A stretch of 35,150 nt of DNA from Candidatus Fervidifonticultor quintus (GCA_031459535.1 JAVKIJ010000028.1:1-35150), one strand, 5' to 3'; shown: positions 8,252-18,254, numbered from the stretch's first letter. Notes: generated from the letters alone by a model not told the origin. Numbers and translations are program-made.

Positions 8252-9217
8252 TCAATCGTACCTGATCCTCGGATCGGCGTAGGCGAGCAGGATATCGGCG
8301 ATCAGGTTGCCCACCACCAGCATCACCGATCCGATGACCAGGGAGCCCATGACCAAGTAGAGGTCTTTCTGCAAGACGGCCTCGGCGATGAGCTTGCCGA
8401 GCCCCGGCCAGTTGATGGTGATCTCGAGGATGGCCGACCCGCCCAGCAACCCGCCGAGCTCGAACCCGAAGATGGTGATCAGGGGGTTGATGGCGTTGCG
8501 GACCGCGTGTCTGTTGATGACCGCGGACTCCGCCAGTCCCTTGGACCGGGCCGTGCGCACGTAGTCCTGGCGCAGGACCTCCAGCAGGTTGGCGCGCATC
8601 TGGCGCATCAGGCCCGCGACCGAGAAGACGCCGAGCACGAGGACGGGAATCACCATGTGACGGGCCACGTCCAGGACCTTCTGCCACCAGGTGAACTCCT
8701 CGAAGTCGATGCTGGTCATCCCGCCGATGGGCAGCCACCCGGTCTTGAAGGCCCAGTACAGCAGGAACAGGCCCGAGAAAAACGTGGGCGTCGAGATGGA
8801 GAAGTACGCGCCGAACGACAGCGCGTTGTCCGACCAGGAGTACTGCCGCCGCGCGGCGTGAATGCCCAGGGGCACGGCAATCGCCCACGCCACCACCAAA
8901 GCCACCACATTGAGCAGCAGGGTGTTGAGCAGCCGCGACCCGATCAGCCACATGACCGGGACCTGGAATGCGAACGAATAGCCGAAGTCCAGGTGCAGGG
9001 CGTTCCACAGCCACCGGAGATACTGGATGTGCACCGGCTGGTCCAGCCCGAAGTTGCGGCGCATCTGGTCCACGGTCTGCTGGCTGACCACAGGATTCAG
9101 CCGGATCTCCGACAGGAAGTCCCCCGGAGACAGCCGGATGATGACAAACGACATCAGCGTAATCCCCAGCAGGAGGGGGATCATCTGGAGCAGCCGGCGC
9201 ACGATGTGTCGCAGCAT
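8252..9217 (-). CDS. oppB: Peptide/nickel ABC transporter permease OppB/DppB
   Basis: MLRHIVRRLLQMIP, FGLDQPVHIQY, LEVLRQDYVRTARSKGL, ADPRIRYD. Confidence 0.95.
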   Translation of the reverse strand: MLRHIVRRLLQMIPLLLGITLMSFVIIRLSPGDFLSEIRLNPVVSQQTVDQMRRNFGLDQPVHIQYLRWLWNALHLDFGYSFAFQVPVMWLIGSRLLNTLLLNVVALVVAWAIAVPLGIHAARRQYSWSDNALSFGAYFSISTPTFFSGLFLLYWAFKTGWLPIGGMTSIDFEEFTWWQKVLDVARHMVIPVLVLGVFSVAGLMRQMRANLLEVLRQDYVRTARSKGLAESAVINRHAVRNAINPLITIFGFELGGLLGGSAILEITINWPGLGKLIAEAVLQKDLYLVMGSLVIGSVMLVVGNLIADILLAYADPRIRYD

Positions 9218-9259
9218 GGTGTGGCGAGGGACGTCCCGGCTCGTGCTCCGCCGCCTGTC

Positions 9260-10999
9260 TCAGCGGTACGGCGTCCGGTAGTAGATCGTCTCGATATCGT
9301 AGGCCCCCAGCGGCGCCGGGCTGAAGTTCCCCAGGGTGTTGCGAAAGGCGGGCTGGGTGAGCGGCGTCGCGAAGTAGATCATGGGCACGTACTCCGCCAC
9401 GATCTCCTGGTAGCGGTTGTAGAGCTGGCGGCGCTTGCGCTCGTCCACGGTGGTGGCCGCCTGGTCGAAGAGGCGGTCCAGCTCCGCCTCCCAGTCGGTG
9501 GCCGGCTTCTCCTGCTTGGGCCACCACGCGTGCAGCGAGCCGCTGGATTTCCAGACGTTCTGCCCATTGTGAGGATCCAGGGTGCCGGTCAACCCCAGGA
9601 TCATCGCCTCCCAGTTGTAGGTGCCGACCAGCTTGCCGACCAAGGTGTTGAAGGCCTCCGGCGCTGGCGTCACGCGCATGCCGAGCCGCGCCAGGTCCTG
9701 CCGCACCAGGTTCATGATGGCTTCCCGGTCCTTGTTACCGGCGTTGGTGGCGAGCGCGAACTCCACCACGTTGCCAGCCGAGTCTCGCAGCAGGCCGTCT
9801 GACCCCTTGGCAAAGCCCGCCTCGCGCAGCAGGGCCTCGGCTCGCGCCAGATCATAGGGGTACTTCCGGACGTTGGGGTTGTAGAAGGCCTTGTTGGCCG
9901 GACTCTCGGGTCCGTAGCGGGGCGTGGCGCGGCCGGCATAGACCTGCCTGATGATCGTCTCGCGGTCGATGGCATGGCTGACGGCCTGCCGGAACCTCAC
10001 GTTCTGGAACCAGGTGAGCTTGGGCGGCCGCACCCCTGCCGGGTTCTGATTGAAGATGAGGAAATCGCCACCGAACGTGGGCGGCCCGTCGAAGATGGTG
10101 AAGTTCTCCGCCTGTTGCCTGGCCCGAAACTCGGCGTACTCCCTGGGCAGGGCCGCATAGTAGTCGGTCTCCCTGGCCTGGAACCGCAGCCGCGCGGCGT
10201 CCGTGCTCGCCACGATCTCAATGACCACGCGGGCCAGATAGGGCAACCGCTGGCCCCTCCGGTCCACCTTCCAGTACCTGGCGTTGCGGACGAAGAGCAC
10301 GCGCTGTCCCGGCAGATACGCGTGGAGGACGAACGGCCCCGTGCCCACCAGTTCCCGTGGGTCCGTGTTGATCCCCCAGGTCTTATTGAACTCCGCCCCG
10401 CCCTGCCGGAGCGCCGCCTCCAGCTTGTGCTTGGGAACGATGCCGACCCCGATGGTGCGCAGGAACGGACCGAACGGCTGCTCGGTCCGGAACTCTACGG
10501 TCGCCGCGTCGATCTTGCGGTAGCCGATGCGCTTGCCGGCAATGGTCAGGACGTCGGGGAGGCTCGACTGGACTCCGGGCGTGAAGGCCGCGTCGAACGT
10601 GAAGACGACATCATCGGCCGACAGTGGCCGTCCATCTGTCCATCGAACGCCCTGCCTGAGTTTGAAGCGCCAGGTGCGGCCGTCCTGGCTCACCGTCCAC
10701 GATTCGGCCAGCGCGGGCTCGACTTCTGCCGTGGACCGGTTGGTCTCGACCAAGCCCTCGAACAGCAGGCCCGTGGGCGAGGAGGTCTCCTGTGAGACGA
10801 TGGGGTTGAACGTCCGCGGGTCAGAGATCGACGAGACCACGAACGTCCCCCCGTAGCGCCCGGGCTCAGCAGCGTCCGCGACCTTCGGGTTGGGAAGGTC
10901 TGGGAGCGAGGGTACCGGAGTCTGTGGCGCTCCCGGCGCGGCCAGGGCCGGCGACACGGCCGCCATCATCGCAACCACCAGTACCGTGGCCCGCCTCAT
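9260..10999 (-). CDS. oppA: Peptide/nickel ABC transporter substrate-binding protein
   Basis: MRRATVLVVAMMAAVSPALA signal peptide with SD GGAGGAG, DPRTFNP, EPALAESW, KLRQGVRWTDGRPLSADDV, VGTGPF. Confidence 0.95.
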   Translation of the reverse strand: MRRATVLVVAMMAAVSPALAAPGAPQTPVPSLPDLPNPKVADAAEPGRYGGTFVVSSISDPRTFNPIVSQETSSPTGLLFEGLVETNRSTAEVEPALAESWTVSQDGRTWRFKLRQGVRWTDGRPLSADDVVFTFDAAFTPGVQSSLPDVLTIAGKRIGYRKIDAATVEFRTEQPFGPFLRTIGVGIVPKHKLEAALRQGGAEFNKTWGINTDPRELVGTGPFVLHAYLPGQRVLFVRNARYWKVDRRGQRLPYLARVVIEIVASTDAARLRFQARETDYYAALPREYAEFRARQQAENFTIFDGPPTFGGDFLIFNQNPAGVRPPKLTWFQNVRFRQAVSHAIDRETIIRQVYAGRATPRYGPESPANKAFYNPNVRKYPYDLARAEALLREAGFAKGSDGLLRDSAGNVVEFALATNAGNKDREAIMNLVRQDLARLGMRVTPAPEAFNTLVGKLVGTYNWEAMILGLTGTLDPHNGQNVWKSSGSLHAWWPKQEKPATDWEAELDRLFDQAATTVDERKRRQLYNRYQEIVAEYVPMIYFATPLTQPAFRNTLGNFSPAPLGAYDIETIYYRTPYR

Positions 11000-11061
11000 C
11001 GACGCTCTCTCCTCCCGCGGCGGCCCGGGGTCGGGGGAGAGCCCGACGTCCCGGTGTCGTC

Positions 11062-11080
11062 TGCTATACCGGAGTATACT
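11062..11080 (-). promoter_or_regulatory. Putative -10 box/operator of the opp cluster (GCTATACC-GG-AGTATACT)
   Basis: Minus-strand TATACT at 11078-11073 in palindrome AGTATACT; TATAC at 11065 and 11075. Confidence 0.45.
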
Positions 11081-11160
11081 CTGGTGATCACGGCCTTCCA
11101 ACCGGCAAGACCCCGCCGTTGGTGAGTGTACGGGGGCGAACCCCGGACGGTTCCAGGGGG

Positions 11161-13332
11161 TCAGTCGGCCCGCTCCAGGGGCGCATAACTTAGGGCGAGC
11201 CGCTTGACGGCACCGGCGAAGCGCACGGTCACGATCTCCCCGGCCCCCTCTCCCTCGACGGCTATCACCTCGCCTTCCCCAAACTTCTCATGTCGAACGC
11301 GGGCACCCACCTCGAAGTGCCCGATGGGCCTGCGGGGCGGGGCCCCCCGGAGCGGGCCCCCCTCACCGCCCTGGCTGCGGAACCCGGTCGCCTCCCACGG
11401 CTCCCTGGTTGGGGCGGTCCTGACCAGCCCGCCGGGAATCTCTCCCAGAAATCGCGAAGGCACCGCCAGGTGGGGGCTCCCGAAGATCGCCCTCGTGCGG
11501 GCGTGGCTGAGGAAGAGGTGCCGCTTCGCCCGGGTGAAGCCCACGTAGCAAAGGCGCCGCTCCTCGTCGAGCCCGCCTTCCTCTTCGATCGCGCGCGCGT
11601 GCGGAAAGAGGCCTTCCTCCAGACCGATGACGAACACCGCAGGAAACTCCAGCCCCTTGGCGGTATGCAGAGTCATGAACGTGACCCGATCGAGCTCTTC
11701 CCGGTAGGTGTCGATGTCGGCCACCAGCGCCAGGTGCTGGAGGAACGCATCCAGGCCCGTCTCTCCCGTGGACTCCTCGACCTCTTGTGCCACCGTGACC
11801 AGTTCCCGCAGGTTCTCCAGGCGCTCGAATCCCTCGTCGGTGCCCTCGGCTTCCAGCATGGCCTGATAGCCGGTCACGGCCATGGCCTGCGCGATGACCT
11901 GGCTGGCTGGCAGCCGCGCGGCGGCTTCGGTGAGGCCCTCTATGATGGCGACGAATTCGCCCAGGGCCCGAGCGGCGGGCCGCGGAAGATCCTGCAGGGC
12001 CTCGGCGCGGCGCATGGCGTCCAGCAGAGAGCATCCCGCGGCCGAGGCATACGCGGCGAGCCGGCCCATGGTGACGTCGCCGATGCCGCGCCGGGGCGTG
12101 GCCAGGGCGCGCCGCAGACTGGCGTCGTCGCCCGGGGCGACCACCAGCCGCAGATAGGCCAGCAGGTCCCGGACCTCCTTGCGCTCATAGAACCGCACGC
12201 CGCCCACCACCTGGTAGGGCAGTCCTGCCTTGAGGCATTCCTCCTCGAGTAGACGGGACTGGGCGTTGGTGCGGTAGAGCACGGCGATGTCGCGCAGGCG
12301 CAGGCCACCGGCGACGAGCGCCCTGACTTGCTCGACCACGAACCGGGCCTCGTCCGCGCCGTCAGTCGCTTCGTAGACGGTCACGGGCGTGCCCTCGTCG
12401 TTGCTGGTCCACAGCGCTTTGGGGTGACGGTGCGGATTGTGGGCGATGACCGCCCCGGCGGCGGCCAGGATGGTCTTGGTCGAGCGGTAGTTCTGGGTCA
12501 GGGTGATCACGGTGGCGTCGGGATAGTCGCGCTCGAACTCCAGGATGTTGCGGACGTCGGCGCCACGCCAGCGGTAGATGGACTGGTCATCATCGCCCAC
12601 CACCGTCACGTTCCGGTGCCTGCCCGCCAGGGCGCGCACCAGCAGGTACTGGGCGTGGTTGGTATCCTGGTACTCGTCGACCAGCAGGTGCTCGAACCGC
12701 TCCTGGTACTGCCCCAGGATGTCAGGGTGCTCGTCGAAGAGCCGCAGCGTCTCGCACAGCAGATCGTCGAAGTCCAAGGCACCGGCGGCCCGCAGCGCCG
12801 CCTGGTAGGCCTGCCACACGCGCACCGCGGCTTCCTCCATGAACGTGGACGCGCGGGCCGCGTACCGCCCCACGTCCAGCGCCTCGTCCTTGGCCCGACC
12901 GATCATGGCATGCAGGACCGCCGGCGGATACCGGCGCTCGTCGAGGCGCAGGTCGGCCAGGCAGTCGCGGATCAGGCGGCGCTGGTCGTCCTCGTCATAG
13001 ATGGTGAAGGAGCGGGGCATCCCGATGCGTTCCCCGTCGGCGCGCAGGATGCGGCTGCAGATGGCATGGAAGGTCCCAATCCAGATCGGCCGGGCCACCG
13101 GGCCACCCAGCAGGGCGTCGATGCGCTCGCGCATCTCGCCGGCGGCCTTGTTGGTGAACGTCACGGCCAGGATCCGCCGGGGCGCCACCCCCCGCTCCCG
13201 GATCAGGTAGGCCACCCGGTGGGCCAGCACGCGGGTCTTCCCCGACCCCGCACCGGCCAGGATCAGGAGCGGCCCGCCGGGGTGAACCACCGCCTGGCGC
13301 TGCTGGGGATTCAGGGAAGAGACCAGGTCCAT
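11161..13332 (-). CDS. pcrA: ATP-dependent DNA helicase PcrA/UvrD
   Basis: LNPQQ Q-motif, AGAGSGKT, VDEYQDTN, VGDDDQSIYRWRGA, NYRST, TLHTAKGLEFP, EERRLCYVGFTRAK, and C-terminal Tudor-like VRHEKFGEG. Confidence 0.97.
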   Translation of the reverse strand: MDLVSSLNPQQRQAVVHPGGPLLILAGAGSGKTRVLAHRVAYLIRERGVAPRRILAVTFTNKAAGEMRERIDALLGGPVARPIWIGTFHAICSRILRADGERIGMPRSFTIYDEDDQRRLIRDCLADLRLDERRYPPAVLHAMIGRAKDEALDVGRYAARASTFMEEAAVRVWQAYQAALRAAGALDFDDLLCETLRLFDEHPDILGQYQERFEHLLVDEYQDTNHAQYLLVRALAGRHRNVTVVGDDDQSIYRWRGADVRNILEFERDYPDATVITLTQNYRSTKTILAAAGAVIAHNPHRHPKALWTSNDEGTPVTVYEATDGADEARFVVEQVRALVAGGLRLRDIAVLYRTNAQSRLLEEECLKAGLPYQVVGGVRFYERKEVRDLLAYLRLVVAPGDDASLRRALATPRRGIGDVTMGRLAAYASAAGCSLLDAMRRAEALQDLPRPAARALGEFVAIIEGLTEAAARLPASQVIAQAMAVTGYQAMLEAEGTDEGFERLENLRELVTVAQEVEESTGETGLDAFLQHLALVADIDTYREELDRVTFMTLHTAKGLEFPAVFVIGLEEGLFPHARAIEEEGGLDEERRLCYVGFTRAKRHLFLSHARTRAIFGSPHLAVPSRFLGEIPGGLVRTAPTREPWEATGFRSQGGEGGPLRGAPPRRPIGHFEVGARVRHEKFGEGEVIAVEGEGAGEIVTVRFAGAVKRLALSYAPLERAD

Positions 13333-13355
13333 GGTCTGCCGCGGGAGGCGGATCT

Positions 13356-13853
13356 TCAGACGTCCGCCGGGCCGAAGCGACGGATTCCCGGAACCCGATC
13401 GAAGGCCTCGTCCGCCGACGCCAGGACGGACACCCCCGCCTGGCGCATGTGCATGACCACGAGGGAATCGCCTACCCGCAGCCCGTGCGACTGACGGAAC
13501 TCTTGACTGGCCGACATGAAGTCGGGCGGCAGCGGCAACACCTCGAGCCCCATGCGCGGGATGGCCATGATCGAAAAGTAGTACTTCGACAGGCGGCGCA
13601 CGAGGTCGGGCCGTCGTGCCAGTTGCGCGGCCGGACTGGGCCTCGCGGTCATGCCCAGCTCCACGGCCTCCAGCATCATGAGTCTGTGGGCGACTTCGAG
13701 CACCTCGAACGGCCCGGTGAGGCCTCGGAGTCCACCCTGCTCGATCCGGGCGAGGAGCGCCGTGCAGTCCGCTGACCGGCCTGCAAAGTGGTAGATGAAG
13801 ACGTTGGCGTCGACGAAGACCTCGCTCCCTGTGGGAATCTCAGTCAGCGCCAT
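13356..13853 (-). CDS. vapC: PIN-domain (VapC-like) toxin
   Basis: Start ATG at 13853 overlaps the antitoxin stop. VFVDANVFIY...LEV...GDSL...SADEAFD carries all four acidic PIN positions. Confidence 0.88.
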   Translation of the reverse strand: MALTEIPTGSEVFVDANVFIYHFAGRSADCTALLARIEQGGLRGLTGPFEVLEVAHRLMMLEAVELGMTARPSPAAQLARRPDLVRRLSKYYFSIMAIPRMGLEVLPLPPDFMSASQEFRQSHGLRVGDSLVVMHMRQAGVSVLASADEAFDRVPGIRRFGPADV

Positions 13854-14070
13854 AGAGATCTTCGCGGAGCACGGCCCGGAGCGCCCTGGCCGGGACTTTG
13901 TAGGTACCCTTGGTCTCCGACACCGCGGACCGCCGGCTCCGCCCACCCGCCAGGAACCGGCTCAACGCCTCTTCAATCACCTCGTTGGCGCCCCTGCCCT
14001 GCCGGCGGGCGACCTCCTTCACCCGCTCGTACAATGCGGCATCGAGCGTCGTCCCCACCTTGCGCTTCAC
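13840..14070 (-). CDS. Ribbon-helix-helix (CopG-like) antitoxin
   Basis: MKRKVGTTLDAALYERVKEVARRQGRGANEVIEEALSRFL, an RHH strand-helix-helix pattern. 76 aa, directly upstream of and overlapping the PIN gene. Confidence 0.82.
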   Translation of the reverse strand: MKRKVGTTLDAALYERVKEVARRQGRGANEVIEEALSRFLAGGRSRRSAVSETKGTYKVPARALRAVLREDLYGAD

Positions 14071-14107
14071 GCCACCACCCCTGAGGCTTGCCACACGGTC
14101 CACGCCC

Positions 14108-14160
14108 AGCGTACGTCGCAAAATAGCTAGATGTCAACCGAAATATCTAGATGACTAGAC
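14108..14160 (-). promoter_or_regulatory. Sigma70 promoter and repeated operator of the RHH-PIN operon
   Basis: TTGACA (14137-14132), 18-nt spacer, TACGCT (14113-14108). Direct repeats AAATAGCTAGATG (14121-14133) and AAATATCTAGATG (14141-14153), plus CTAGAC (14155-14160). Confidence 0.7.
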
Positions 14161-14187
14161 AATGAAGGCTATTTGCGGCTCGGCGCG

Positions 14188-15774
14188 CTACTCCCACTCG
14201 ATGGTCGCCGGCGGCTTGCTGGTGATATCGTAGACCACGCGCGTGACCCCGGGCACCTCGCGCGTGATGCGGCTGGCGATGGACTCCAGCACTGCGTCGG
14301 GCAGCCGGGCCCAGTCCGCGGTCATGCCGTCCTCGCTGGTCACCGCACGCACCACAACCACCCGGCCATAGGTCCGGGCGTCGCCCATGACGCCCACGGT
14401 GTGCACGGGCAGCAACACGCCGAAGGCCTGCCAGACATCCAGCGTCAACCCGGCCTCGCGGATCTCGTCGAGGATGATCGCGTCGGCCTCCCGCAGCAGG
14501 TCCAGCTTCTCGGCAGTGACCTCGCCCAGGACGCGGATGGCCAGGCCGGGGCCTGGAAACGGATGCCGGGCGATCATGCGGTCGGGCAGGCCCAGTTGCC
14601 GGGCCACCTCGCGGACCTCGTCCTTGAACAGGTCGCGGAACGGCTCCACCAGCGTGAAGCGCATGCGCTCGGGCAGCCCACCCACGTTGTGGTGGGTCTT
14701 GATGCGGGCCGCGGTGCGTGTGCCGCTCTCGATCACGTCTGGATAGAGGGTACCCTGCACCAGGACGTCGATCTGTCCCAGCCGCAGGGCCTCGTCCTCG
14801 AAGACGCGGACGAACTCCTCGCCGATGGCCCGGCGCTTCTGCTCGGGGTCAGTCACGCCGGCCAGCCGGGCGAGGAAGCGCTCACGGGCGTTGACGTGGA
14901 TCAGGGGCACCTGGAACGTGTCCCGAAAGGTGGAGACCACCTGCTCGGGCTCGCCCTTGCGGAGCAACCCGTGGTCGACGAAGATGCACGTCAACTGGTC
15001 GCCGATGGCACGATGCACCAGGGCCGCGGCCGTGGCCGAGTCCACGCCGCCGGAGAGGGCACACAGCGCGCGACCGCCGCCCACCTGCTGTCGAATGGCA
15101 CCGATGCTGCGGTCGATGAACGAGGTCATGGTCCACGTCGGCGCGCACCCGCAGATGTGGTAGAGGAAGTTGCGCAGCACCTCGTTGCCCCACGGCGTGT
15201 GGGAAACCTCGGGATGGAACTGCAGCCCGTACAGCCGCCGCGCCCGGTCGGCCATGGCCGCGATCGGCGTGCGATCTGTGTGAGCCAGGGTCACGAAGCC
15301 GTGGGGCAACGCGGTGATGGAGTCGCCGTGGCTCATCCAGCAGATCAAGCGCGGCTCGAGGCCGGCAAAGAGGTCGGCGCCGTCGTCCACGAACAGCCGG
15401 GTGCGGCCGTACTCGCGCTGGTCTGCGGCAGCCGTCCGGCCACCCGGCAACAGGTGTGCGATCAACTGCATGCCGTAGCAGATCCCCAGCACCGGAATAC
15501 CCGCGCCCAGCACCGCGGGATCCATCCGCGGTGCGCCGGGTTCGTAGACGCTGGCCGGTCCGCCCGACAGCACGATTCCCTGGGGGCGGTGAGCCAGAAT
15601 CTGGTCCAGGGGGGTGTCGTACGGAAGGATGATGCTGTACACCCGGCTCTCGCGTATCCGGCGGGCGATGAGCTGGGCATACTGGGCACCGAAGTCCAGG
15701 ACGACGACCGGTCGGGGCGGCGCGGCAGACTCGACCGCATGATGCGTCTGTGCCTGCGGGAACGCCGTCGTCAT
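14188..15774 (-). CDS. guaA: GMP synthase (glutamine-hydrolysing)
   Basis: [61 protein letters not shown]. Confidence 0.98.
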   Translation of the reverse strand: MTTAFPQAQTHHAVESAAPPRPVVVLDFGAQYAQLIARRIRESRVYSIILPYDTPLDQILAHRPQGIVLSGGPASVYEPGAPRMDPAVLGAGIPVLGICYGMQLIAHLLPGGRTAAADQREYGRTRLFVDDGADLFAGLEPRLICWMSHGDSITALPHGFVTLAHTDRTPIAAMADRARRLYGLQFHPEVSHTPWGNEVLRNFLYHICGCAPTWTMTSFIDRSIGAIRQQVGGGRALCALSGGVDSATAAALVHRAIGDQLTCIFVDHGLLRKGEPEQVVSTFRDTFQVPLIHVNARERFLARLAGVTDPEQKRRAIGEEFVRVFEDEALRLGQIDVLVQGTLYPDVIESGTRTAARIKTHHNVGGLPERMRFTLVEPFRDLFKDEVREVARQLGLPDRMIARHPFPGPGLAIRVLGEVTAEKLDLLREADAIILDEIREAGLTLDVWQAFGVLLPVHTVGVMGDARTYGRVVVVRAVTSEDGMTADWARLPDAVLESIASRITREVPGVTRVVYDITSKPPATIEWE

Positions 15775-15798
15775 CCCACCCGGAGCCCCTCGACCGGG

Positions 15799-17010
15799 TT
15801 ACCGGCCCTGCCCCACCCGCTGGCCGAACTGCGCAGCCTTGCCTTCGCTGGCCAGGGTGGGGGCGATCACCACTTCGGCGTCGTGCATCTGGCGGATGGT
15901 GGCGGCCCCGCACATGCCCATGGCGGTACGCAGGGCTTCAGCCAGATTCTGCGAGCCGTCGTCGACCGCAGCCGGCCCCAACAGGATCTGCTGCAGCGTC
16001 CCCGTCGTGCCCACCCTGATGCGGGTGCCACGCGGCAGGGCCGCATGGGGCGTGGCCATGCCCCAGTGATATCCGCGACCGGGTGCCTCCTCGGCCCGGG
16101 CCAGCGCCGAACCCAGCATCACCGCGTCCGCGCCACAGGCGATCGCCTTGGCCACGTCTCCGCCGACCGCGATGCCACCGTCGGCGACCACCGGGACGTA
16201 GCGGCCGGTGCGCCGCTCGTAGTCGTCGCGCGCGGCGGCCACGTCGCAGATGGCCGTCGCCTGAGGTACCCCGATCCCGAGCACGCGGCGGCTGGTGCAC
16301 GCGGCGCCCGGGCCGACTCCGACGAAGACGGCGGCCACGCCCGCCTCCAGCAGGCCCATGGCCGCTTCGTACCCCACGCAGTTGCCCGCCATGATGGGAA
16401 CGCGCACCCTCGAGGCGAGGTCTCGCAGGGACAGGGCGCGGCCCCGCGTGGAGCGGTGCTCCTCGGTGACGACGGTGGACTGGACGAGCAGCAGATCGGC
16501 ACCGGCCGCCTCGGCCACGGGCGCCAGGCGCGGCGCGGCCGCGGGCGTCATGGCCACGCAGCAGGTTGCGCCCGTCTCCTTGACAGCCTGCACGCGGGCG
16601 GCGACCAGATCGGGCTGGATCGGCGCGCGGTACAGCCGTTGCAGGAGACCGATGACCTCGTCGGGTGCAGCCTCGGCAATGGCGTCGAGCGGCTCGGAGG
16701 GGTCCCGGTAGCGCGTCTGCAGGCCCTCCAGGTTCAGCACCGCCAGCCCGCCGAGCGCCGACATGGTGGCCGCGGTGTGCACGTCGACCACACTGTCCAT
16801 CGCCGACGCCACGAACGGCAACCGGAACGTGTGCCCGGCCACATGCCAGGAGCAGTCCACGTCCTCGGGATCGCGCGTCGAGGCCGCAGGCACCAGGGCG
16901 ATCTCATCCAGGCTGTAGGTGCGCCTGATACGGCGGCCTACCCCCAGCCACACGGCTGCGCCGTCATCCTCGCTGCCCGCGGCCTCGCGCACCGGTGTCT
17001 GCGCCCTCAT
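15799..17010 (-). CDS. guaB: GuaB3-family IMP dehydrogenase (no CBS domains)
   Basis: RRTYSLDEIALVP, ASAMDSVVD, VLNLEG, GVGPGAACTSRRVLGIGVPQATA, HWGMATP..LPRGTR. Confidence 0.92.
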   Translation of the reverse strand: MRAQTPVREAAGSEDDGAAVWLGVGRRIRRTYSLDEIALVPAASTRDPEDVDCSWHVAGHTFRLPFVASAMDSVVDVHTAATMSALGGLAVLNLEGLQTRYRDPSEPLDAIAEAAPDEVIGLLQRLYRAPIQPDLVAARVQAVKETGATCCVAMTPAAAPRLAPVAEAAGADLLLVQSTVVTEEHRSTRGRALSLRDLASRVRVPIMAGNCVGYEAAMGLLEAGVAAVFVGVGPGAACTSRRVLGIGVPQATAICDVAAARDDYERRTGRYVPVVADGGIAVGGDVAKAIACGADAVMLGSALARAEEAPGRGYHWGMATPHAALPRGTRIRVGTTGTLQQILLGPAAVDDGSQNLAEALRTAMGMCGAATIRQMHDAEVVIAPTLASEGKAAQFGQRVGQGR

Positions 17011-17035
17011 CAACCCTCACCCCCCCGCGAATTGA

Positions 17036-17581
17036 CTACGGCCCATAGAGTTCTGGTTTGAGGACCGCGATATAGGGCAGGTTGCGGTACCGGCCTGCGT
17101 AGTCCAGGCCATACCCGATCACGAACTTGTCGGGGATCTGGAAGCCGCAGAAATCTATGGGGACCTCGCGACGGCGCCGCGGCCGCTTGTCCAGCAGCGC
17201 GCACACGCGCAGTGACGCCGGGTAGCGGGCCTTGAGCGTCTCAAGGAGATAGTCCATGGTCAGTCCCGTGTCGATGATGTCGTCCACGACCAGGACGTGC
17301 CGGCCCTCGATACTCTCGTTGAGATCCTTGAGGATGCGGACGATCCCGCTGCTCTCGGTGCTGGAGCCGTAGGACTGGGTGGCCATGAAGTCGACCTGGC
17401 AGGTGATGGAGAGGGCCCGCAGCAGATCGGCCATAAAGACGAAGGCGCCCGTCAGGATGCCGATCAGCAGCGGTTCCTTGTCCCGGTATTCGAGGCTGAT
17501 CTCGCGGCCGAGTGCCCGGATTCGGTCCTGCAGGACCGCCTCCGGGATGAGGACCTCTTCGACGTCGTCCACCAGGCCCAA
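17036..17581 (-). CDS. hpt: Hypoxanthine phosphoribosyltransferase
   Basis: GILTGAFVFMADL, VLVVDDIIDTGLT, FVIGYGLDYAGRYRNLP. Start taken as TTG 17581 (GAGGTG SD); GTG 17593 is an alternative. Confidence 0.96.
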   Translation of the reverse strand: MGLVDDVEEVLIPEAVLQDRIRALGREISLEYRDKEPLLIGILTGAFVFMADLLRALSITCQVDFMATQSYGSSTESSGIVRILKDLNESIEGRHVLVVDDIIDTGLTMDYLLETLKARYPASLRVCALLDKRPRRRREVPIDFCGFQIPDKFVIGYGLDYAGRYRNLPYIAVLKPELYGP

Positions 17582-17611
17582 CGGAGCGTTCACCTCTGGG
17601 GGGTTACGGCC

Positions 17612-17640
17612 ATTATAGGTGGCGCCGTCTAGACCGTCAA
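17612..17640 (-). promoter_or_regulatory. Near-consensus sigma70 promoter for hpt-guaB-guaA
   Basis: TTGACG (17640-17635), 17-nt spacer, TATAAT (17617-17612). Confidence 0.85.
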
Positions 17641-17666
17641 TCCGAATATTGCCCGATATGCAGCCG

Positions 17667-18254
17667 CTAATGTTCGGTTTTCGGGGGTCCCTCGCGGCTG
17701 CCGGGCTTGACGAGCGGTATCCCGCTCCGGCACTGGGGGCAGCGGTCGGGGCCATAAGTTGGCGCGTCCAGCCGCGCGAGAGCCTGCAAGGGGACGTCGA
17801 GCGGCCACCGGCCCGCAGTTCGATCTATGAGGGCCGCAGCGCCAGCGACCACGCCGCCGGCTTGGCGGACGAGCTCGACCACCTCCAGGGTCGTTGTGCC
17901 GGTGGTCACCACGTCCTCGACGACCAGCACGCGCTCCCCGGGCGCGATGACAAAGCCCCGGCGTAGAGCCAGCGTGCCCGCAGCGCGCTCGGCGAACAGG
18001 GCCCGGACGCCCAGTGCACGAGCCACCTCATGGGCCACGAGCACCGCGCCCAGCGCCGGGCCCACGACGACGCCCGGCCTCGCGTCGCGTACGCGCGCGG
18101 CCAGGGCCTCGCCCAGCGCAGCGGCCTCGCGCGGGTACTGCAGGATCAACGCGCACTGGACGTAGAGCGGACTGTGCAGCCCCGAGGTCAGCAGAAAGTG
18201 ACCGTGCTGAACCGCACCGTAGCGCTGGAACCGCGCCAACCAGTCAACCGACAC
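17667..18254 (-). CDS. pyrE: Orotate phosphoribosyltransferase
   Basis: GHFLLTSGLHSPLYVQCA, VLVVEDVVTTG, CPQC..G.P.VKPGSR. GTG start at 18254 overlaps the end of pyrF. Confidence 0.95.
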   Translation of the reverse strand: MSVDWLARFQRYGAVQHGHFLLTSGLHSPLYVQCALILQYPREAAALGEALAARVRDARPGVVVGPALGAVLVAHEVARALGVRALFAERAAGTLALRRGFVIAPGERVLVVEDVVTTGTTTLEVVELVRQAGGVVAGAAALIDRTAGRWPLDVPLQALARLDAPTYGPDRCPQCRSGIPLVKPGSREGPPKTEH

